Source: an uncultured Saprospiraceae bacterium (GTDB lineage: Bacteria; Bacteroidota; Bacteroidia; Chitinophagales; Saprospiraceae). From it: a stretch of DNA of 64,000 nucleotides. The notes beneath the pieces are model-generated. The model worked only from the letters and a program-made list of their open reading frames with translations, did not search any database and was not told the DNA's origin. Each line of letters starts with the position of its first letter. The first letter of the stretch is position 1. The translations under genes were made by a program, and so were the position numbers. Positions 55,179-64,000 of this stretch are shown here, in pieces. Location: the NCBI GenBank assembly GCA_937974575.1, contig CALJVI010000051.1, forward strand, positions 3,811-67,810. Direction: 5' to 3'.

Positions 55179-56624
55179 ATGATTAATTCTAAAGTGATCC
55201 GCATACTAAAGACCTTAAAATCATCTGAGATACCAAAATTGATAGATTTTGTACAATCCCCTTATTTTAATAGCAAAAGGCAGGTGTATGAGCTATGTGT
55301 AGAACTGTGTAAGCACTACCCCTTATTTCAAGAAGAGCGGATCCATAAGGAAAATATTCATAACAAACTGTTTCCAAAGCAAACCTTTGATTCCAAACAA
55401 ATGGGGTACTTACAAAGTGATCTTGTAAAATTACTTGTGCAGTTCTTATCCTATGAAAACATCAAATCCACGAACCAGGATCTTACAAGAATTAGAGTTT
55501 TTGCAGAAAGAAACCTTCATCAACTGTATAAAAGAGAAGTTGATGCCATGGCGTCTAAACAAATACATCAAGGGCCAAGTGGTGCAGACCAGTATAAATT
55601 CAATTTCGAACTCCATGATTTAAAGGATCTATATTTTATAAACACGAACACAAGAAAAGATGATCTCAATGCACACCTTGCTAGCAAAAATTTGGATCTA
55701 TACTATATCTGTCGAAAGCTACAGTACTTTGTGGTACTCCTCAACCGAAAACAGATCTTAGGTAAAGAAATAGAAATACCCCATCTGGCCTTTATACTTC
55801 GACATGCAAAAGAGAATTTTTTGGATACTCCAATAGTAAAGGCATACTATGAGGTGATACTCATGCAAACCAAAGACAAATCTCTACCCCATTTTTACAA
55901 TTTGAAAGAAACGATCCATGACTATAAATCAGAATTCTCCAATAAAGAAATTGCTGAAATTTATGAAGAAGCTATCAACTATTGTATTCAAAGAATTTCT
56001 TATAACCAAGCATTCTATATAGATGAAGCGCTAAAACTCTACATGGAGTTTCTAGATTCTGGTAGCATGTATCAAAAAGGATTCCTTTCGCACTGGAAAT
56101 TCAAGAACATCATCAAACTAGGTTTACTGCTTGATCGATTTGAGTTTGTTGATCAGTTTATCAACACCTATATCGAAAAAATAGAACCCAGCTATAGATC
56201 CAAAGCACTTCACTATAACTATGCAGAATTGTGTTTTGCTATGCAGAATTTCGATAAAGCGCTAGAATATTTAAGTTTAGTCTTACAAGAAGATCTCGAA
56301 TTAGCTTACAATCTAGGATCTCGAATGATGCTTATAAAAATATTCTACCAAAACAATGAGGAAGATGCCTTGTTATCTCAAATTGCAGCATTTACAATCT
56401 TTCTAAAAAGATCCAAAAACATCTCAAATACCAAGAAAAAGATATACCTTAATTTCTGTGATATCCTGAATAAAATTATGCGTCAAAACCCGAAGCATTA
56501 TTTAAAAATAAAAAAAGAGATTAAGGATACTAAATTGCTTACTGATACCAATTGGTTACTTAAAGTATATGAAGAATTAATGCCCGCATCAGTTAAAGCA
56601 GAAACATCAGATATAGCAAAATGA
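55179..56624 (+). CDS. hypothetical all-helical (TPR-like) protein
   Basis: 481 aa with no signal peptide. Helical-repeat character (for example YNYAELCFAMQNFDKALEYL). Its stop overlaps the next start (ATGA). No family recognised. Confidence 0.6.
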   Translation: MINSKVIRILKTLKSSEIPKLIDFVQSPYFNSKRQVYELCVELCKHYPLFQEERIHKENIHNKLFPKQTFDSKQMGYLQSDLVKLLVQFLSYENIKSTNQDLTRIRVFAERNLHQLYKREVDAMASKQIHQGPSGADQYKFNFELHDLKDLYFINTNTRKDDLNAHLASKNLDLYYICRKLQYFVVLLNRKQILGKEIEIPHLAFILRHAKENFLDTPIVKAYYEVILMQTKDKSLPHFYNLKETIHDYKSEFSNKEIAEIYEEAINYCIQRISYNQAFYIDEALKLYMEFLDSGSMYQKGFLSHWKFKNIIKLGLLLDRFEFVDQFINTYIEKIEPSYRSKALHYNYAELCFAMQNFDKALEYLSLVLQEDLELAYNLGSRMMLIKIFYQNNEEDALLSQIAAFTIFLKRSKNISNTKKKIYLNFCDILNKIMRQNPKHYLKIKKEIKDTKLLTDTNWLLKVYEELMPASVKAETSDIAK

Positions 56625-57157
56625 AAATATTCGAAAATCAACAATTAGATATCGATCTCTTGCCTCGCATGAAAGATATCGAGTTTATTAAACCACACCG
56701 TTCTTATTTATACATGACGATGATTCAAAGTGTAGTTTTTTGGTTGATCATGTTTGGTATATTTTCACTTAGTGTAATTGCTGCACGTGAAGAATTTTAT
56801 GAATTCATCCTTTATGCAAGGCTACTCTTCTACCCTACTGCAATATTGTCTATTCTACTCACATGGATTGGATTTCATAAACGTGGCCATGCTTTAAGAA
56901 CTCATGACATCATGTATAAAGAAGGAGTACTTTTTCAAAACAAGACAAATATATCCTTCAACCGAGTACAGCATTGCGAAACTTCTCAAGGGCCTTTAGA
57001 GCAAATGTTTGATCTGCATACGCTAAAAGTATTTACTGCCGGAGGCCAAAGTAGTGATCTATCTATTCCTGGTTTACATGAAGATATTGCCGCAAATCTT
57101 AAAGAATTTATCGTTGTAGCAACAGCAGCAAAAAAAGGACATAGTGAAGAAGAGTAG
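56621..57157 (+). CDS. membrane-anchored bacterial PH domain (bPH_2, YdbS-like) protein
   Basis: 178 aa. Two TM helices followed by a PH-like domain (YKEGVLFQNKTNISFNRVQHCETSQGPLEQMFDLHTLKVFTAGG). Confidence 0.7.
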   Translation: MKIFENQQLDIDLLPRMKDIEFIKPHRSYLYMTMIQSVVFWLIMFGIFSLSVIAAREEFYEFILYARLLFYPTAILSILLTWIGFHKRGHALRTHDIMYKEGVLFQNKTNISFNRVQHCETSQGPLEQMFDLHTLKVFTAGGQSSDLSIPGLHEDIAANLKEFIVVATAAKKGHSEEE

Positions 57158-58631
57158 TCTAGAAAAACTGAATCAACCACAACTTCAATCTCCAGTAGCC
57201 ATCTTACTTATTCTATATAAGTTCTTTATACTTGTATTGAAAAATGCGTTTCCCATTTTATTGATCGTCTTTATCAATCCTAATCGGCAAATCGATAACT
57301 TTGAATTGTATATCGTGATAGGAATCAGTTTGATCAGTGCCACTTTATCTATTGCTTCTTATTTCAAATTTAAATACCACCTCCTTGATGATGAAGTAAT
57401 CATCAACAAAGGTATTCTCAAAAAGACAAACCTCAATGTTCCATTTGATCGCATCCAAGCCATCAATACCAATCAGACCTTACTACACCGAATATTTAAA
57501 GTAGCAAGTATCGAAATTGATACTGCTGGATCTAAAAATAATGAAATCAAGATAGATGCCATTGATTTGGAAACTGCCTCTGCACTAAAGAGTTTTGTAC
57601 TTAGTCAAAAATCTCAAGTTCAAAAGGATAATACTGTTGATGCTATTACAGATTTAGAAGATGAAAAAACACTACTTCAGCTAGATATTCCCGCCATCAT
57701 TAAGGTGGGATTTGGCGAAAATCATTTTCAGTCATTCATGATTATTGCGCTTTTTACATTTGGACTACTCCAGTATGCTGACATCCTTTTTGACAGGGAT
57801 CAATATAGCAGTATTGAAGAACAAGTAAATACTATTGTAAAAAGCTTCATCTTTATCTTAATACCACTTGCCATTATTGCCTCCCTACTCCTCACTCTCG
57901 TAAGGACAGTATTAAAATACTATAATCTGAATTTCAAAGAAACTACGCAAGGCTACAAGCTCGTCAGTGGACTTTTCACTAGACATGAAAAACAAGCTAA
58001 CTTCCAAAAAATTCAACTTGTAGGCTGGCATACCAATCCTTTAAAAAAACTGTTTGGAATGTTCCAGCTCAATTTATCCCAGGCCTTTAGCTCATCTATG
58101 GTAAAGGCACAGACCATGCAGATCCCGGGTATGTATGCACACCAATTACAAAATGTATGTGAAAGTTATTTCTCAAGTCAGGAAAGAGACGACTTACTTC
58201 TTCATAAAGTAAGTGCTAGAGAAATGATTAGAACCTTTTCCAAAGTTGGAACTGCTGTAGGAGGTATTGCTATTATCAAATGGATCATCCCGCAGTTTGA
58301 CATAAGTTGGCTTGCTATTGTATTATTATTGACGCTAGCTATAGTCTATACTTATGTATCATGGACACAGTGGCAAGTACAAGTTAGCCGCAATGGACTC
58401 TTGCTCAGAAGAGGCTTCTTACGCACCACTTATCTATTATTAAGATGGGAAAAAATACAAGGTTTGAGAACACGCCAAAGCATTTTTCAGAAAAGGCATG
58501 CACTGACTGACTTACATATTTTTACTGCTGCAGGCACTGTTAAGATACCTTACCTCAACGAAGACAGTGTAGACCATCTAAGAGACTACCTCTTATACTA
58601 CGTAGAAAGCAACAATGAACCCTGGATGTAA
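57144..58631 (+). CDS. membrane protein with three bPH_2 domains (YdbT-like)
   Basis: 495 aa. TM hairpins alternate with three repeats of the ...NVPFDRIQAINTNQTLLHRIFKVASIEIDTAG... type. GTG start overlaps the upstream gene by 14 nt. Confidence 0.7.
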   Translation: MKKSSLEKLNQPQLQSPVAILLILYKFFILVLKNAFPILLIVFINPNRQIDNFELYIVIGISLISATLSIASYFKFKYHLLDDEVIINKGILKKTNLNVPFDRIQAINTNQTLLHRIFKVASIEIDTAGSKNNEIKIDAIDLETASALKSFVLSQKSQVQKDNTVDAITDLEDEKTLLQLDIPAIIKVGFGENHFQSFMIIALFTFGLLQYADILFDRDQYSSIEEQVNTIVKSFIFILIPLAIIASLLLTLVRTVLKYYNLNFKETTQGYKLVSGLFTRHEKQANFQKIQLVGWHTNPLKKLFGMFQLNLSQAFSSSMVKAQTMQIPGMYAHQLQNVCESYFSSQERDDLLLHKVSAREMIRTFSKVGTAVGGIAIIKWIIPQFDISWLAIVLLLTLAIVYTYVSWTQWQVQVSRNGLLLRRGFLRTTYLLLRWEKIQGLRTRQSIFQKRHALTDLHIFTAAGTVKIPYLNEDSVDHLRDYLLYYVESNNEPWM

Positions 58632-58634
58632 ATC

Positions 58635-59303
58635 CTATACGATAGAATTATCGTAAGCAATTTTGATTAAACCAGCGATATTACTCACATTTAGTTTACG
58701 CATAATGTTCTTTCTGTGTACACTTACCGTCTGATCGCTTATGAACAATTCTTGGGCAATTTCTTTATTGCTAAATGCTTGAGAAATCAATTTCAAAATT
58801 TCAATTTCTCGCTTCGTCAAATTATACTTTTGAATAAATTTATCTTCAAATTTACTCTTCTCCTTATCGGCCATAAAGGTAGTACCGTTGGCTCTTGCAC
58901 CCACTAGTTGGACTCCAACACCGATATATGTTTTACCCTTCAGTACCTCATCGATTGCATTAATCAATTCGTATGGGTCCGAATTTTTTAGAATGTAACC
59001 ATCAACACCTGCTTTGAAAGCAGACTTCACCAGCTTGGCTTCATCATACATAGTAAGTGCTAATATTTTCATATCACCATAGTTCTCACGTATAGCATCC
59101 AACACATCTAGACCATCAGCCTCCGGCATATTTAAGTCAAGTAATAAAAGATCAGGATAAGTTCTTTTGAGGATAGGCAACAAGTCTCTTCCATTTTCAG
59201 CTTCACCGATAATTTGAAATTCAAATTTATCTGTTCTTCTCAAAATGTTTTTCAGACCTTCAGTAAACAGTTGGTGGTCGTCGGCAATTACGGTTCTTAT
59301 CAC
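58635..59303 (-). CDS. NarL/LuxR-family response regulator
   Basis: 222 aa. REC domain (VIADDH..., DLLLLDLNMPEADG, KILALTMY) and a C-terminal LuxR HTH (LTKREIEILKLISQAFSNKEIAQELFISDQTVSVHRKNIMRKL). Confidence 0.9.
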   Translation of the reverse strand: MIRTVIADDHQLFTEGLKNILRRTDKFEFQIIGEAENGRDLLPILKRTYPDLLLLDLNMPEADGLDVLDAIRENYGDMKILALTMYDEAKLVKSAFKAGVDGYILKNSDPYELINAIDEVLKGKTYIGVGVQLVGARANGTTFMADKEKSKFEDKFIQKYNLTKREIEILKLISQAFSNKEIAQELFISDQTVSVHRKNIMRKLNVSNIAGLIKIAYDNSIV

Positions 59304-59830
59304 GTGTGTGGAGTTTATGGTTTAATTTAAAATCAGCTTTTCGGTTGTTGTCTTAATCTGTAAACAAGCAAACCAAGTGCCACAGAATAAATCATCGACT
59401 ATATTAAAGTCGACGAGTCTCTATAGCATTCAAAATGCATTATACTTTAACCATGAAACCTAGATTATGGGAGTAGGTACGCAGATTTGCGCCCTCAATA
59501 GAAGCATAGCTTCTACAGGTAATCGGTTTGATATGTTCATGGATCAATTAAGGACTATATCTCTATAATCTACTCCAAATTAGAACTAATATTCATAACA
59601 TGAAAGAAAACTCTTATGCTATTTATACCATATTAGGTGTAGAAAAATCACTTACACATATGTATTGAATTGTATATATTAAAAGTGCTTCAATAAACAA
59701 TTATTAGTCAATGAGTATTAAATTACAAATATTCTTCAAGTATAAAATACATCACATATAACAGTTCATAATTGTTTTTTTCGATTGAGCAAACTTTATC
59801 TCTGTCTGTCTGAATATGAAACAATTAGGC

Positions 59831-59883
59831 CCAAAAACACCATTGCCCTTCTGTCTAATTCCATATTAGGCAGAAGGGCAATG
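59831..59883 (-). terminator. rho-independent terminator downstream of fadH
   Basis: On the minus strand a 13-bp stem CATTGCCCTTCTG/CAGAAGGGCAATG is followed by GTGTTTTTGG. It lies 68 nt past the stop codon. Confidence 0.7.
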
Positions 59884-59951
59884 AGCAAAATTGTTTTCAA
59901 ACGAATAGGCTGGAAAGGGAAAAACTAACACCGACGGATATACCGTCAAAA

Positions 59952-62143
<2,192 letters not shown>

Positions 62144-62160
62144 TCTCCAATCTATATACT

Positions 62161-63054
62161 TTAACTAGGATAAAACTTCAATCCATTCTTGAAGTTAAAG
62201 TACTTTGCCAATCCTATACTGATAAATGGATTTTTGCGATCACCAATGAAGCGAACCTCCGTACTCACATGTAAGCCATACTTTCTTTCTATAATCTCCA
62301 AATTAAGTCCATAATTCTCTCTACTAAGCAGCCTAATATCATCTCCGATAATAGTGCTTAATCCTGCATTAAGCTTACCTTTTATTATGCCCCATTTATT
62401 GCTCACAATGAAAGGAATCCCAAATCCAGCAGTATATGCAAATTGGGCATAAAATTCAGAATCTATCAAGCGATTATCCGACAGGTCTCCAAATTCCGTA
62501 AAGGAAGCACTCACTCGATAAATAGATAAAGTGTCGTAGCTATATCTATTCGTAACACTCGATAAAAGAATATCAAAATCAATACTAAAAAACAATTGAC
62601 TGACCTGATCTTTAGCCTTGTTCTTCCTAGTCAAAATTTTGAAAATTGGATTAAAGTAGATATTTATATTCTTAGCCGACTGATCTGTATACTGCACATA
62701 ATTGGTAATTTCCTTATAAAAAGAATTAAAACTGTCTCCCATTACAGGCTTGATGAGACTTACATCTGTACTTTCTATACCAAGAAAATTCGCATGTCTT
62801 TTGCGCATTCCAGTATCAAATCCAAAGCCCCCTTTTCCTATCTTGATTAGATCCGGAACAAAGACATTTAGACTAAAGTAGAGTCCTCGCAATTTAGATT
62901 CATTATAATCGAGATTAACCCCTAAGGAAACATTGAGAGGTGAAAAATAATTTTCCTTTACCTCCGATGGTAAAGAATCATATTTTATTTTTTCATCCTG
63001 TGCTTGGGCAATAAAAGGCAGAAAAATAAGTAATACTATTAGCTTTAAATTCAT
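62161..63054 (-). CDS. hypothetical secreted protein, possible outer-membrane beta-barrel
   Basis: 297 aa with signal peptide LIFLPFIAQAQ and alternating hydrophobic beta-strand-like pattern. No family recognised. Confidence 0.5.
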   Translation of the reverse strand: MNLKLIVLLIFLPFIAQAQDEKIKYDSLPSEVKENYFSPLNVSLGVNLDYNESKLRGLYFSLNVFVPDLIKIGKGGFGFDTGMRKRHANFLGIESTDVSLIKPVMGDSFNSFYKEITNYVQYTDQSAKNINIYFNPIFKILTRKNKAKDQVSQLFFSIDFDILLSSVTNRYSYDTLSIYRVSASFTEFGDLSDNRLIDSEFYAQFAYTAGFGIPFIVSNKWGIIKGKLNAGLSTIIGDDIRLLSRENYGLNLEIIERKYGLHVSTEVRFIGDRKNPFISIGLAKYFNFKNGLKFYPS

Positions 63055-63261
63055 TAGACTATTTTTTGTTTCAAATTAGGAATATCCCAAAAATGAGAAA
63101 TTCAGCTTGATTAAAAAAATCGGCAAGCTATTTATTCAATATTTTCAAGAAACAATTTCTTCTAAACTAATGAACTTTTCCAGATTAGCAAAAGCTTAAC
63201 TTTTTATCCTAGTTGCATTTAGTATTTATTTGTAATTTAGAGACCAACAAAATGAAAAACA

Positions 63262-63930
63262 ATGAAAAGAGTACTCCTCCTAATCCTTGCACTTATAGCA
63301 GCTAACCTTAGTTACGCTCAAGAAGAACAAAACAAAACAGGCTTTGTCCTTGGAGGATCTTTGAATCTCTCCAACTCCAACAATGAGAGAACCAGCAACA
63401 CGTTTTCAGCCACTCCTATCAGTCAGATAATAGTGAACAAAAACCTTTCTGCATCTATAAACCCCTATTTAGGTAAATCTTTAAACCCAAAATCGCTAAT
63501 TGGATTTGGCATTTATGCTGGACATTCGATCAGAGAATATACATTCTCAGCCGGCTCTAGTGAAAGCTTTTCCCAAACCACTAATACCGACTTAGGGCTA
63601 AATGTTTTCTATAGATATTATCCTATACAAGGCAATAAAATAAAATTTTTCCTTCAACCTTATGCAAGCTTTAGAACTTCGTTTGGAAAGATAGAGCAGC
63701 TGGCTCCTACTCTCGATGAGACCAAAGGAAATATATATCTTACTGGTATTGATTACGGTGCTACATATTCCTTTTCTCCTAAGTGGCACTTCTTAATACA
63801 GATTGCAGGTCTCAATTATCAATATTCAAAATCCAGAAAAGCCAGTCAGGACGAATCTGTCACCAATGGTAGCTTCAACTTGACTTCCTCTCTAAGTAAT
63901 ATCCGCATTGGAATAGAAAGAAAATTCTAA
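63262..63930 (+). CDS. outer membrane beta-barrel (porin-family-like) protein
   Basis: 222 aa with signal peptide LALIAANLSYAQ, Gly/aromatic-rich beta-strand pattern, and a terminal ...IRIGIERKF with C-terminal Phe. Confidence 0.55.
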   Translation: MKRVLLLILALIAANLSYAQEEQNKTGFVLGGSLNLSNSNNERTSNTFSATPISQIIVNKNLSASINPYLGKSLNPKSLIGFGIYAGHSIREYTFSAGSSESFSQTTNTDLGLNVFYRYYPIQGNKIKFFLQPYASFRTSFGKIEQLAPTLDETKGNIYLTGIDYGATYSFSPKWHFLIQIAGLNYQYSKSRKASQDESVTNGSFNLTSSLSNIRIGIERKF

Positions 63931-63940
63931 CTGTAATTTC

Positions 63941-64000
63941 ATGAAAAAGTATCTGTTCATACTAGCAATAGCAATGACAAACGCAGTCCTCAGCACAGCT
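63941..64000 (+). CDS. partial CDS (N-terminus only), predicted secreted protein
   Basis: ATG at 63941 gives MKKYLFILAIAMTNAVLSTA..., which is signal-peptide-like. It runs off the window end. Confidence 0.45.
   Translation, partial: MKKYLFILAIAMTNAVLSTA

Noticed and set aside
34931-59303. The TPR histidine kinase (34931-37150) and the NarL-type regulator (58635-59303), which bracket the adhesin island, as a cognate two-component pair
   Set aside because: The kinase has a HisKA-type H-box (SHDLKEPLR), whereas NarL/LuxR regulators usually pair with HisKA_3 kinases. The genes are 21 kb apart on opposite strands. The bracketing is probably coincidental and only an experiment could link them.

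Overview
This 64-kb window looks like an A+T-rich Bacteroidota chromosome. The evidence is T9SS sorting domains, SprB-type repeats, a PorP/SprF-like gene, the bamD-rpoZ-coaBC-DUF4835 block and TAnnTTTG -7 boxes. I cannot assign a finer taxon from the sequence alone. All protein-family calls come from motifs read by eye in the supplied translations; no searches were run.

Content from left to right:
- Housekeeping block: DUF4835, coaBC, rpoZ, bamD, an MsbA-like ABC exporter, accC-accB-efp and fabH.
- A thioredoxin-SPOR fusion, a PaaI thioesterase, and a TolC plus adaptor pair with no pump gene.
- A DUF5103 (T9SS plug-like) gene, then a tight HupE/DUF6702/yidD/hemB cluster.
- An AAA+/DUF4143 ATPase, an ECF sigma factor, uvrA, an M49-like peptidase, tatC and a Ca/Na antiporter.
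- An accessory surface-protein region at about 31.4-59.3 kb. It holds two LamG paralogs flanking ybaB, a DUF1573 lipoprotein and a TPR histidine kinase. It also holds three SprB-repeat T9SS cargo proteins (1096, 642 and 3293 aa) with one PorP/SprF-like gene. It ends with an unknown 481-aa gene coupled to YdbS/YdbT-like PH-domain genes, and a NarL-type response regulator.
- fadH and beta-barrel-like proteins close the window.

I recognised no rRNA, tRNA, CRISPR array, transposase or integrase.

The two most unusual signals are:
1. A family of at least 8 G+C-rich, hairpin-dense intergenic elements. They have conserved ends and stems that differ in sequence between copies but still pair.
2. The 3293-aa T9SS cargo protein. 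It carries four tandem Kazal-type inhibitor domains, dockerin-like and cohesin-like modules, and an unassigned Cys-bordered module that interrupts 21 SprB repeats.

I cannot show that either is previously undescribed.
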